Shown: positions 26,101-37,411, counted from the first letter of the stretch. The stretch: 64,000 nt of DNA from Eledone cirrhosa (GCA_964016885.1 OZ024745.1:35712001-35776000), one strand, 5' to 3'. A program made the numbers and translations. The notes: generated by a model not told the origin, from the sequence alone.

Positions 26101-29100
26101 GGTGTTGGTGGTATTGTTGTTAGATATGGTGGTGGTGATGGTGGTATTGTTGTTAGATATGGTGGTGGTGGTGTTGGTGGTATTGTTGTTAGATATGGTG
26201 GTGGTGTTGGTGGTATTGTTGTTAGATGTGGTGGCGAAGGTGTTGGTGGTATTGTTTTAGATATGATGGTGGTGTTGGTGGTATTGTTGTTAGATATGGT
26301 GGTGGTGTTGGTGGTATTGTTGTTATATATGGTGGTGGTGGTGTTGGTGGTATTGTTGTTAGATATGGTGGTGGTGTTGGTGGTATTGTTGTTAGATATG
26401 GTGGTGGTGTTGGTGGTATTGTTGTTAGATATGGTGGTGGTGGTGTTGGTGGTATTGTTGTTAGATGTGGTGGTGGTGTTGTTGGTGGTATTGTTCTTAG
26501 ATGTGGTTGTAGTGGTGTTGGTGGTATTGTTGTTAGATATGGTGGTAGTGTTGGTGGTATTGTTGTTAGATATGGTGGTGGTGGTGTAAGTGGTATTGTT
26601 GTTAGATGTGGTGGTGGTGTTGGTGGTATTGTTTGATGTGGTGGTGGTGGTGTTGGTGGTATTGTTGTTAGATGTGGTGGTGGTGTTGGTGGTATTGTTT
26701 GATGTGGTGGTGGTGGTGTTGGTGGTATTGTTGTTAGATGTGGTGGTGGTGTTGTTGGTGGTATTGTTGTTAGATATGGTGGTGGTGGTGTTGGTGGTAT
26801 TGTTGTTAGATGTGGTGGCGGTGTTGTTGGTGGTATTGTTGTTAGATATGGTGGTGTTGGTGATATTGTTGTTAGATGTGGTGGTGTTAGTGGTATTGTT
26901 GTTAGATATGGTGGTGGTGGTGTAGGTGGTATTGTTGTTAGATGTGGTGGTGGTGTTGGTGGTATTGTTGTTAGATGTGGTGGTGGTGTTAGTGGTATTG
27001 TTGTTAGATGTGTTGGTGGTGTTGGTGGTATTGTTGTTAGATGTGGTGGTGGTGTTAGTGGTATTGTTGTTAGATGTGGTGGTGGTCGTGTTGGTGGTAT
27101 TGTTGTCAGATGTGGTGGTGGTGTTAGTGGTATTGTTGTTAGATGTGGTGGTGGTGTTGGTGGTATTGTTGTTAGATGTGGTGGTGGTGTTCGTGGTATT
27201 GTTTGATGTGGTAGTGGTGGTGTTGGTGGTATTGTTGTTAGATATGGTGGTGGTGTTGGTGGTATTGTTGTTAGATGTGGTGGTGGTGGTGTTGGTGGTA
27301 TTGTTGTCAGATGTGGTGGTGGTGTTAGTGGTATTGTTGTTAGATGTGGTGGTGGTGTTGGTGGTATTGTTGTTAGATGTGGTGGTGGTGTTGGTGGTAT
27401 TGTTGTTAGATGTGGTAGTGCTGGTGTTGGTGGTATTGTTTTTAGATGTGGTGGTGGTGTTGTTGCTGGTATTGTTGTTAGATGTGGTGGTGGTGGTGGT
27501 GTTGGTGGTATTGTTGTCAGATGTGGTGGTGGTGTTAGTGGTATTGTTGTTAGATGTGGTGGTGGTGTTGGTGGTATTGTTGTCAGATGTGGTGGTGGTG
27601 TTAGTGGTATTGTTGTTAGATGTGGTGGTGGTGTTGATGGTATTGTTTGATGTGGTGGTGGTGTTGGTGGTATTGTTGTTAGATATGGTGGTGGTGTTGG
27701 TGGTATTGTTGTCAGATGTGGTGGTGGTGTTAGTGGTATTGTTGTTAGATGTGGTGGTGGTGTTGGTGGTATTGTTGTTAGATGTGGTGGTGGTGTTGGT
27801 GGTATTGTTGTTAGATGTGGTGGTGGTGGTGTTGGTGGTATTGTTGTTAGATGTGGTGGTGGTGTTAGTGGTATTGTTGTTAGATGTGGTGGTGGTGTTG
27901 GTGGTATTGTTGTCAGATGTGGTGGTGGTGTTAGTGGTATTGTTGTTAGATGTGGTGGTGGTGTTGGTGGTATTGTTGTTAGATGTGGTGGTGGTGTTGG
28001 TGGTATTGTTTGATGTGGTGGTGGTGTTGGTGGTATTGTTGTTAGATATGGTGGTGGTGTTGGTGGTATTGTTGTCAGATGTGGTGGTGGTGTTAGTGGT
28101 ATTGTTGTTAGATGTGGTGGTGGTGTTGGTGGTATTGTTGTTAGATGTGGTGGTGGTGTTGGTGGTATTGTTGTTAGATGTGGTGGTGGTGGTGTTGGTG
28201 GTATTGTTGTTAGATGTGGTGGTGGTGTTGGTGGTATTGTTTGATGTGGTAGTGGTGGTGTTGGTGGTATTGTTGTTAGATATGGTGGTGGTGTTGGTGG
28301 TATTGTTGTTAGATGTGGTAGTGGTGGTGTTGGTGGTATTGTTTTTAGATGTCGTGGTGGTGTTGTTGCTGGTATTGTTGTTAGATGTGGTGGCGGTGTT
28401 CGCGGTGATGTTGGATGGGGTGGTGGTGGTGTTGGTGGTGTTGGTATTGTTGTCAGATGTGGTGGTGGTGTTAGTGGTATTGTTGTTAGATGTGTTGGTG
28501 GTGTTGGTGGTATTGTTGTTAGATGTGGTGGTGGTGTTGGTGGTATTGTTTGATGTGGTAGTGGTGGTGTTGGTGGTATTGTTGTTAGATGTGGTGGTGG
28601 TGTTGTTGCTGGTATTGTTGTTAGATGTGGTGGCGGTGTTGGCGGTGATGTTGGATGGGGTGGTGGTGGTGTTGGTGGTATTGGTATTGTTGCAGTGGTG
28701 GTGGTGGTGTTGGATGTGGTGGTGTAGGTGGTGGTGGTGTTGTCGGATGTGGTGGCGGTGTCGTTGGATGCGGTGGTGCTGTTGTTGGATGTGCTGGTTG
28801 TGGTGTTCGATGTGGTGTTGTTGTTGGTGGTGTTGTTGTTGGATGTGGTTGTGCGGTTGTTGGATGTGGTGGTGGTGGTGTTGGATGTGGTGGTGGTGTT
28901 GTCGCATGTGGTTGTGGTGTTGGTGGTGTTGTTGTTGAATGTGGTGGTGGTGGTGGTGGTGTTGTATGTGGTGGTGGTGTTGTTGGATATTGTGGTGGCG
29001 GTGTTGGTGCTATTGGTATTAGATGTGGTTGTGGTTTTGTTGTTGGTATTGTTGTTAGATGTGGTGGTAACGGTGTTGGTGGTATTGTTGTTAGATGTGG

Positions 29101-31490
29101 TGGTGGTGTTGGTGGTATTGTTGTTAGATATGGTGGTGGTGTTGGTGGTATTGTTGTTAGATGTAGTCGTGGTGTTGGTCGTATTGTTAGATGTGGTGGC
29201 GGTGTTGTTTGTGGTATCGTTGTTAGATCTGGTGGTGGTGGTGTTGGTGGTAATGCTGTTAGATGTGGTGGTGGTGTTGTTGGTGGTATTGTTGTTAGAT
29301 GTGGTGGTGGTGTTGGTGGTATTGTTGTTAGATGTGGTGGTGGAGCTGGTGGTATTGTTGTTAGATGTGGTGGTGGTGTTGGTGGTATTGTTGTTAGATG
29401 TGTTGGTGGTTTTGGTGGTATTGTTGTTAGATGTGGTGGTGGTGGTGTTGGTGGTATTGTTGTTAGATGTTGTGGTGGTGTTGGTGGTATTGTTGTTAGA
29501 TGTGGTGGCGGTGTTGTTGGTGGTATTGTTGTTAGATGTGGTGGTAGTGTTGGTGGTATTGGTGTTAGATGTGGTGGTGGAGCTGGTGGTATTGTTGTTA
29601 GATGTGGTGGTGGTGTTGGTGGTGGTATTGTTGTTAGATGTGGTGGTGGTGTTGGTGGTATTGTTGTTAGATGTGGTGGTGGAGCTGGTGGTATTGTTGT
29701 TAGATGTGGTGGTGGTGTTGGTGGTATTGTTGTTAGATGTGGTGGTGGTTTTGGTGGTATTGTTGTTAGATGTGGTGGTGGTGGTGTTGGTGGTATTGTT
29801 GTTAGATGTGGTGGTGGTGTTGGTGGTATTGTTGTTAGATGTGGTGGCGGTGTTGTTGGTGGTATTGTTGTTAGATGTAGTAGTGGTGGTGTTGGTGGTA
29901 TTCTTGTTAGATGTGGTGGTGGTGGTGTTGGTGGTATTGTTGTTAGATGTGGTGGTGGTGTTGGTGGTATTGTTGTTAGATGTGGTGGCGGTGTTGTTGG
30001 TGGTATTGTTGTTAGATGTAGTAGTGGTGGTGTTGGTGGTATTCTTGTTAGATGTGGTGGTGGTGTTGGTCGTATTGTTAGATGTAGTAGTGGTGGTGTT
30101 GGTGGTATTGTTGTTAGATGTGGTGGTGGTGTTGGTCGTATTGTTAGATGTGGTGGAGGTGTTGTTGGTGGTATTGTTGATAGATGTGGTGGTGGTGTTG
30201 TTGGTGGTATTATTGTTAGATGTGGTGGTGGGGCTGGTGATATTGTTATTAGATGTGGTGGTGGTGGTGTTGGTGGTATTGTTGTTAGATGTGGTGGTGG
30301 TGTTGGTGTTATTGTTGTTAGATGTAGTAGTGGTGGTGTTGGTGGTATTGTTGTTAGATGTGGTGGTAGTGGTGTTGGGGGTATTGTTGTTAGATATGGT
30401 GGTGGTGTTGGTGGTATTGTTGTTAGATGTGGTGGTGGTATTGGTGTTATTGTTGTTAGATAAGGTGGTGGTGGTGTTGGTGGTATTGTTGTTAGATGTG
30501 GAAGTGGTGTTGGTGGTATTGTTGTTAGATGTGGTGGTGGTGGTGGTATTGTTGTTAGATGTGGTGGTGGTGTTGGTGGTATTGTTGTTAGATGTGGTGG
30601 TGGTGTTGGGGGTATTGTTGTTAGATGTGGTGGTGTTGGTGGTATTGTTGTTACATGTGGTGGTGTTGTTTGTATTCTTGTTAGAAGTGGTGGTGGTGTT
30701 GGTCGTATTGCTAGATGTGGTGGTGGTGTTGTTGGTGGTATTGTTGTTAGATGTGGTGGTGGTGTTGTTGGTGGTATTGTTGTTAGATGTGGTGGTGGGG
30801 CTGGTGATATTGTTGTTAGATGTGGTGGTGGTGGTGTTGGTGGTATTGTTGTTAGATGTGGTGGTGGTGTTGGTGTTATTGTTGTTAGATGTAGTAGTGG
30901 TGGTGTTGGTGGTATTGTTGTTAGATGTGGTCGTAGTGGTGTTGGGGGTATTGTTGTTAGATATGGTGGTGGTGTTGGTGGTATTCTTGTTTGATGTGGT
31001 AGTGGTGGTGTTCGGGCTGTTGGTATTGTTGTTAGATGTGGTGGTGGTGGTGTTGGTGGTATTGTTGTTAGATATGGTGGTGGTGTTGGTGGTATTGTTG
31101 TTAGATGTGGTGGTGGTATTATTGTTAGATGTGGTGGTGTTGGTGGTATTGTTGATAGATGTGGAAGTGGTGTTGGTGGTATGTTGTTAGAAGTGGTGGT
31201 ATTGTTGTTAGATGTGGTGGTGGTGTTGGTGGTATTGTTGTTAGATGTGGTGGTGGTGTTGGTGGTATTGTTGTTAGATGTGGTGGTGGTGTTGTTGGTG
31301 GTATTGTTGTTAGATGTGGTGGTGGTGTTAGTGGTATTGTTGTTAGATGTGGTGGTGGTGTTGGTGGTGGTATTGTTGTTAGATGTGGTGGTGGTGTTGG
31401 TGGTATTGTTGTTAGATGTGGTGGTGGTGTTGGTGGTATTGTTGTTAGATAAGGTGGTGGTGTAGGTGGTATTAGATTTAGATGTGGTGG
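23160..31490. repeat. ~8.3-kb degenerate minisatellite, consensus ~33 bp GGTGGTATTGTTGTTAGATGTGGTGGTGGTGTT with +/-3-bp length variants
   Basis: Unit read directly. It is interspersed with GTTGTTGGATGTGGT-type blocks (~23.2-23.7, 24.3-24.7, 25.6-25.9, 28.7-29.0 kb). Confidence 0.95.
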
Positions 31491-31564
31491 TAGTAACCTG
31501 GTTGATAGTACAAACAATTTGAATGTTTAAATTTACGTCACGCATATATTTTATATTTCTTAAT

Positions 31565-31669
31565 GTCCTCTGATGAAATGGTCGAACTTAAATGTATTGT
31601 AAATTGAGTTGCACTTCTCCAGTATCTAGCAATTGATAGACAACTCTATCATGGAAACAATTGTAAGAC
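31565..31669 (+). ncRNA. Type-I hammerhead ribozyme-like motif with long stem II
   Basis: gtcct-CTGATGA-a-atggt...atcat-g-GAAA-CAATTG-TA-agac. Palindromic stem III (ACAATTGT), GUA site, imperfect stem I; (TA)n follows at ~31717. Confidence 0.55.
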
Positions 31670-31865
31670 TAAATAAATTCCGTTGTTTCTACTATCAACG
31701 ATGTTATTCTTAACTTTTATATATATATATGCAGAGGTTATATTTAATTTGTTGGGATTCAACAAGCTTAAACATTTTATAACTGATATAAAGCACTCAA
31801 CAATTTAGTGGAGTAAATATACAATATATTAATAAATGGAAACTATATTTATAAAACCATAATTA

Positions 31866-31927
31866 TTTTATTGTATATATTTCAAGAGCCACCAAGGTAA
31901 ATTTTGGTGCGATTTCATCAGATAAAA
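31866..31927 (-). ncRNA. Hammerhead motif (left arm), C at position 16.1
   Basis: Reverse complement: ttttat-CTGATGA-aatcgcacca...tggtggctctt-GAAA-tatata-CA-ataaaa. Confidence 0.7.
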
Positions 31928-32344
31928 TACAGATTTGTTTGATAAATACATATTGACATACCCGGAAAAAAGCAACCTCAACGGTCGAAATTCGCTGGAT
32001 AGTGGAGATAATTGAGGGTGATACAGAGTTGTAAGTGAATATATAACAGAGTGTCAGAAATATTGAAAAAACAACGGCTTATTTAAATTAAACTGTTGGA
32101 CAACTGGTTTATTTAAATTAAACTGTTGGAAGAAAATAGATGTAAAAGGGTGAGAGACATCTATTTTCTTCCAACAGTTTAATTTAAATAAACCAGTTGG
32201 TTTTTCACTTTTTCTGACACTCATTTACATATTCACTCACAACTCTGTATCACCCTCAATTATCTCCACTCTCCAGCGAATTTCAACAGTTGAGGTTGTC
32301 TTTTTTCCGGGTATGTGAATATTTATTCATAAAACAAATCTTTA

Positions 32345-32406
32345 TTTTATCTGATGAAAGCGCACCATAATTTACCTTGGTAGCCCTTGAAATATATACA
32401 ATAAAA
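32345..32406 (+). ncRNA. Hammerhead motif (right arm), C at position 16.1
   Basis: ttttat-CTGATGA-aagcgcacca...tggtagccctt-GAAA-tatata-CA-ataaaa; stem I ttttat/ataaaa is perfect. Confidence 0.7.
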
Positions 32407-32448
32407 TAATTATGGTTTTATAAATATAGTTTCCATTTATTAATATAT

Positions 32449-32510
<62 letters not shown>

Positions 32511-32514
<4 letters not shown>

Positions 32515-33272
32515 CTTTTTGAATTGAGTTTGAATTATTTTTCCCACATCTTACGTTAACTATTTTCCCATTTTGACGCTATAGTCACTTATATATTATG
32601 GAATACTGTTGGCTTCTTGCTACAATGCTTTCTATAACTTTCATTTATATATTTTAATTCGGATTTCTTTCCTAGAGTGCTTAAATTATTTGTGACTAAT
32701 CCAGGTTAAAAAAAAAAAAAACGCGATAATATTGCTTTTTGATGAACTCCTTATTGTAGAGTTTTTTCGGAATATTTTTGACTGTTCTTTCATGTAAACA
32801 AACATTCGTCTCATTCTGACGTCACCAGCCCTGTTTTTCCACATGTGCGTTTTATTTTCATAATCACGCATGATGTTAAACTAGCCTGCTTTTATATTCC
32901 CTTTTTGGCATATTAATCAGTGAAAATTTGGCTATCGTGTTGAGCTCTGCTGACGATCGGATGTCAATCGTGACCATCTCCACTGAAAGTTTTCGTGAAA
33001 TAGTCTTTTGAAGATTACACAGAGCATTTGTAGTTGTCCCAAATTGAAGGTTGAGTATTTTAAACTTTATTTTATCATGAGGTAAGGCTCTATTGATTTC
33101 TCCCTGGATTTCACTAAATTCTGTTGGATAAATCTATATCCTGATTCTTTTTGCATTGAGTTTGAATTATTTTTCCCACATCTTGTTAACTATTTTCCCA
33201 TTTTGACGCTATAGTCACTTATATATTATGGAATACTGTTGGCTTCTTGCTACAATACTTTCTATAACTTTC

Positions 33273-33276
<4 letters not shown>
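32511..33276 (+). mobile_element. Non-coding PLE-like element with ~135-bp direct terminal repeat (pseudo-LTR-like) and an internal hammerhead
   Basis: 32511-32648 is a near-identical copy of 33146-33276. Both ends abut (TA)n, and the same 3' tail recurs at ~36968-37016. Confidence 0.65.
32944..33025 (+). ncRNA. Type-I hammerhead motif with extended stem III, C at 16.1
   Basis: gctctg-CTGACGA-tcgga...ttcgt-GAAA-tagtctt(ttg)aagatta-CA-cagagc. Stem I is a perfect 6 bp and stem III is 7 bp. Confidence 0.7.
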
Positions 33277-33340
<64 letters not shown>

Positions 33341-33343
<3 letters not shown>

Positions 33344-33389
33344 CCTTGTCGAGCCCTCTTCGGATTTTAGTCTTCACATTTATTATTAT

Positions 33390-33393
<4 letters not shown>
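33341..33393 (+). mobile_element. ~50-bp 3'-terminal stub of the PLE family at 34.0-36.5 kb, inside (TA)n
   Basis: Diverged reverse complement of 34011-34055 (ATCCTTRTCGAGC...TTTTAGTCTTCA). Confidence 0.7.
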
Positions 33394-33462
<69 letters not shown>

Positions 33463-33938
33463 ATATATATATGTATATACATATATATATATATTGTAAT
33501 CACACACACACATATGTATATATGGAAGTCAAATATACACAAAGAAAACTCTCTATATACACAAATATATCAGTGCTGTACAAGAGTAGGGATTTGTTGG
33601 TATCAGAGATGCTGCTGCTGTAGGTGTTGTTATTGTTGTTGGTAGTGATGCTGGAGGCGATGTTTGATATTCTGTTGATATTATTTGATTTGGTAGTAGT
33701 GTTGTCAGTGTAGTTGCTGTTGGTTTTATAAAGGATCAAGTATGAATGTAATTTCTCTGGTTGTCCCATATTCTTTGATACACTCACCTCCTGATGTTAA
33801 AACGTGAGTTCTCCCGGCATTGGTTATTCCACTGTCTTGAAATTCCATGCTTGAGGCAAAATACTCGCTGGAATTGTCTTCCTTTAGCTATTTTGGCTTC
33901 TATTCCACCACAACGCTGTGATTTAGGCTTAAAATTTA

Positions 33939-34015
<77 letters not shown>

Positions 34016-34104
34016 AATTTGAAGACTAAAATGCAAAGAGAGCTCGATAAGGATAAATATATATCAAATAAATAAGAACCGTAGAGCAAATATTTATTAA
34101 AGTA

Positions 34105-34180
34105 ACAGATTAAAGTTTAAGCAAAGAATCGCTGCTTTCACCCTTAACGGGATCTTCTGAAACTAACAAAGTCAATCTGT
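34105..34180 (-). ncRNA. Type-I hammerhead with CAGAAGA core (U4A)
   Basis: Reverse complement: acagattga-ctttgtt-agttt-CAGAAGA-tccc gttaa gggt-GAAA-gca(gcgattctt)tgc-TT-aaact-ttaatctgt. Confidence 0.7.
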
Positions 34181-35109
34181 AAACGCAGAAGTGGATATTT
34201 CAAAAAACGTTGCAACCGGAGGAAGACAGGAAGTCGATACTTTGGTTCGTGAAAAGGTTCCTGGCAAAGAACGGGAAAAAACGAATATAATACGTCATTA
34301 ATAGGAGCGGTGAAAAACAATTACGCGCAAAGACAGAACCACGTTTATGGTATAAAAGAGGTCGTAGACTAATGTTCTCTTAGGTGGGTCATAGAGACGT
34401 TCTCTGGCAATGAACGAAAAAAACGAAGATTATACGTCATACGTGGATCGTGGAGAACAATTGCACGCAAAGACAAAACCACGTAAATGGTATAGCAGAA
34501 GTCGTAGACTAAAATTCTAACTAGGAGGACGAATGAATCTCCGCTTCAGGGTTAAGAACAAAGTAAATAAATACAATACAGAAGTAATAGAAATTAAATA
34601 AATAAATACATACACGCATACAAATACGTACATACTCAAGCATACGCGAAAACACTTACCATAGGTATACAAAACTACGCACATATAAATATGTGTGTGT
34701 ATGCGTGTATACAAATAAATAAGTAATTAAATAAACGTATATAAATAAATAAATACGCATATAACAAGCGCACACTCATACCTACATGTAAATACACAAA
34801 TGTTCGGAGACGTAAGTCAACCCAAACATGAAGTACACATATACACACACCCTACATACGTACGAACCTGCATACTCACACAGACGCAAAACTCCCATAT
34901 ACACTTAACCAAACCATATGTACCAGAATATATAAAATTATACGCCATAACATATACAATCAAATATACGTACGAGAAGGTATACCTACCTTCACAAAAC
35001 ATAAGGCAATATATACTTACCTATGCAAATAAGTGATGGTATAAACAAAACATATACTTAGCTACCACATCAAGAAGTAAATATCCACGTATAGATCGTA
35101 CTATCCGTT

Positions 35110-36140
35110 AGGGTATAACGTGGGGTTGTAATACAGGAAAGTTTTGTGCAATTTATGTTTACAAGCCGAAATGTACTCAGATTTTTTGTTTAAGATGTGG
35201 TCTGTTGCGTAGAGTATTTCCAGGGCCTCAGCGGCGCAGAGGTCACATGGTCTTTTATTTCCGTTATACGATCTAGCCCTAGCTAGGATCTCCCGGTGTA
35301 ACTTATATTGGGTGTGGTTGTCTTTTAGACTCCAGATATAAGCTGAAGTGACGTCATATTCCTTCTTAGAGGGTAACGAAAAGAATGGGTATGCATGTAA
35401 AGACGCTGCTTGAATCTATTGGCGGTTAACCCTATGTAGGCCCTACGAGACGTGGGTGTTTCAACCTTACATTTGTAGACAATGTTACTAGAGAGGCATT
35501 TCCCGGATTCCTACAATTACAGTTAGTACTAACTACAGGGTTGCACGTGTTCCTACGGCTAGGTAGTTTAGCCAAATTTGAAGCTGTGATGTTATGTGCA
35601 AGGTTATGAGTCGTAGATTAAGAAATTTTAATAGTATTTCTATTAAAAATGTTACTATATTTATGTGTTGGGGGAAAATGCTTCACAATAAGGGAGAGAA
35701 AGATATTAGCTAAAGGTGTGGCTACCTCCTTATTATATGGTGGGTTATACCAACAAATGCGACGGGATCTATTACTTCTAGGTCTATTTTCGTACTCTGT
35801 ATATGCTACCTTATCGACAAATCCACTCCGAGCAAGAGCGTCATTGTAATAAGTGGAATGGTCGTTGAAAATATGCTCGTTAGTAGATAGACGGGAAAGC
35901 CTCAACGAAACGTTTCTTACCAGGTTCTTGGTTATGCTGGCAGGAAGGTTGGAATGCTTACTTATGTAATTAAGCGTATCATTCGGCTTTCTATACGGGT
36001 AATACAACCCATTCACTAAATTGAGGGTAACGTCGAGGTAATTAACGACCGAGAGTTTGGCCTCAACCTGTATAGAGAGGTTGAAGCCTTTAAAGAAGGC
36101 TGTGAGTTCTTTTCTGAACCTGTCGCAATCACGAGGTCCG
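35110..36140 (-). pseudogene. PLE RT thumb/C-terminal region plus GIY-YIG endonuclease, frameshifted
   Basis: VVNYLDVTLNL..YYPYRKPNDTLNYISKHSNLP..WYNPPYN..FNRNTIKIS, then CLSSNIVYKCKV...AYIGLTANRFKQR, PCDLCAAE and CKHK. Confidence 0.9.
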
Positions 36141-36393
36141 CTTCCTTTTTTTTGTCTCTCTCTCTCTTTTTTCTGGGTTAGAAAATGATTAAAACGAAAT
36201 GTTTAGAACATTAGTCTACGACCTCTTTTATACCATAAACGTGGTTCTGTCTTTGCGCGTAATTGTTTTTCACCGCTCCTATTAATGACGTATTATATTC
36301 GTTTTTCCCGTTCTTTACCAGGGAACGTTTCCACGAACCAAAGTATCGACTTCCTGTCTTCCTCCGGTTTTTGAAATATCCACTTCTGCGTTT

Positions 36394-36468
36394 ACAGATT
36401 GACTTTGTTAGTTTCAGAAGATCCCGGTAAGGGTGAAAGCAGCGATTTTTGCTTAAACTTTAATCTGT
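36394..36468 (+). ncRNA. Type-I hammerhead with CAGAAGA core (U4A), inverted-arm copy
   Basis: Stem I agttt/aaact plus distal acagattga/ttaatctgt around a bulge; stem II ccc/ggg; stem III agca/tgct; CUU site. Confidence 0.7.
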
Positions 36469-36505
36469 TATTTTAATAAATATATATACGTATATATATA
36501 TATAT

Positions 36506-36909
36506 ATGAAAACAGGGAGAAAGAAACGATTATGAGGAAGAAAAACTTTTTTTTTTCATTTTTTTTGTCTCTCTCTGTCTTTTTTCTGGGTTAGAAAAGG
36601 ATTAAAACGAAATGTTTTACTTTGTGTGAAGTGTTAAGGTATTAGTTTATTTATTTACTATTTAACAATGGCATTTATTTATCTATTTATATATTTAATT
36701 ATTGTCTATTTATCTATTTATAAATATATAAATAGATAAATAAATGCCATTGTTAAATAATAAATAAATAAACTAATACCTTAACACTTCACACAAAGTA
36801 CATTTCGTTTTAATCATTTTCTAACCCAGAAAAAAGAGAGAGAGAGAAAAAAAAAAGGAAAACAAATTTTTTTCTTCCTCATAATCGTCTCTTTCTCCCT
36901 GTTTTCATA
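36506..36909. mobile_element. ~400-bp foldback (palindromic) element between (TA)n tracts
   Basis: ATGAAAACAGGGAGAAAG... at the left pairs with ...CTTTCTCCCTGTTTTCAT at the right; arms are ~190 bp around an AT-rich spacer at ~36698-36722. Confidence 0.85.
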
Positions 36910-37050
36910 TATATATATATATATCCCAACTCGTGTGCCTCCTCTCCACATTTTATTATATATATATTGGAATACTGTTGGCTTCTTGCTACAATAATTT
37001 CTATACTTTTAATTTATATATATATATATATTACCTGTGTATATATATAT

Positions 37051-37084
<34 letters not shown>

Positions 37085-37279
37085 GTGTGTGAGTGGGTGA
37101 GTGGGTGTGTATATATATATATACACACTACATTTAGGTTTAATCAATACATATAAATTACATATCGATTATGTTTCTCAATAAACTTGTTGTGTATGTC
37201 AGTATACACACTCACAAAGGCATATATCAGGTTTAAAGAGAGTTAACCAAAAATATCAATCAATTGAAAAACATTTACA

Positions 37280-37411
37280 TTTCGACAATTGTTTCGATTA
37301 ATGCAGATAAATATACAATTAGTACATAATTAACGGTAAAATAATTGCATTATTTATGTAATAAAGTTAATGATTATTTCATCAATTTATCTATATAATC
37401 TCATTAGGAAA
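37280..37411 (-). ncRNA. Degenerate hammerhead (CTAATGA core) with long stem II insert
   Basis: Reverse complement: tttc-CTAATGA-gatta...taatc-GAAA-CAATTG-TC-gaaa. It has the same ACAATTGT stem III as the motif at 31565. Confidence 0.55.

Larger units (their letters stand above)
31733..32455. mobile_element. Non-coding foldback element made of two inverted copies of a PLE 3' end, flanked by (TA)n
   Basis: Arms ~31817-32143 and 32157-32454 are reverse complements around a 13-nt loop. 31735-31930 is clearly homologous to 59848-60035, the 3' end of a coding PLE. Confidence 0.85.
34010..36482 (-). mobile_element. 5'-truncated Penelope-like element with inverted 3' repeat
   Basis: Coding relic at 35110-36140 (-). 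34091-34378 is the reverse complement of 36205-36482. (TA)n lies on both sides and each arm holds a hammerhead. Confidence 0.9.

Noticed and set aside
1-31490. Telomeric repeat array
   Set aside because: There are no TTAGGG tandem repeats; the units are GGT/AGT-based minisatellites.
23102-31545. Gly/Cys-rich (GGIVVRCGGGV) or Thr/Asn-rich ORFs resembling structural proteins or mucins
   Set aside because: They are a by-product of triplet-based repeats. They are open in multiple frames with frequent frame switches, and no coding-specific signal is visible.
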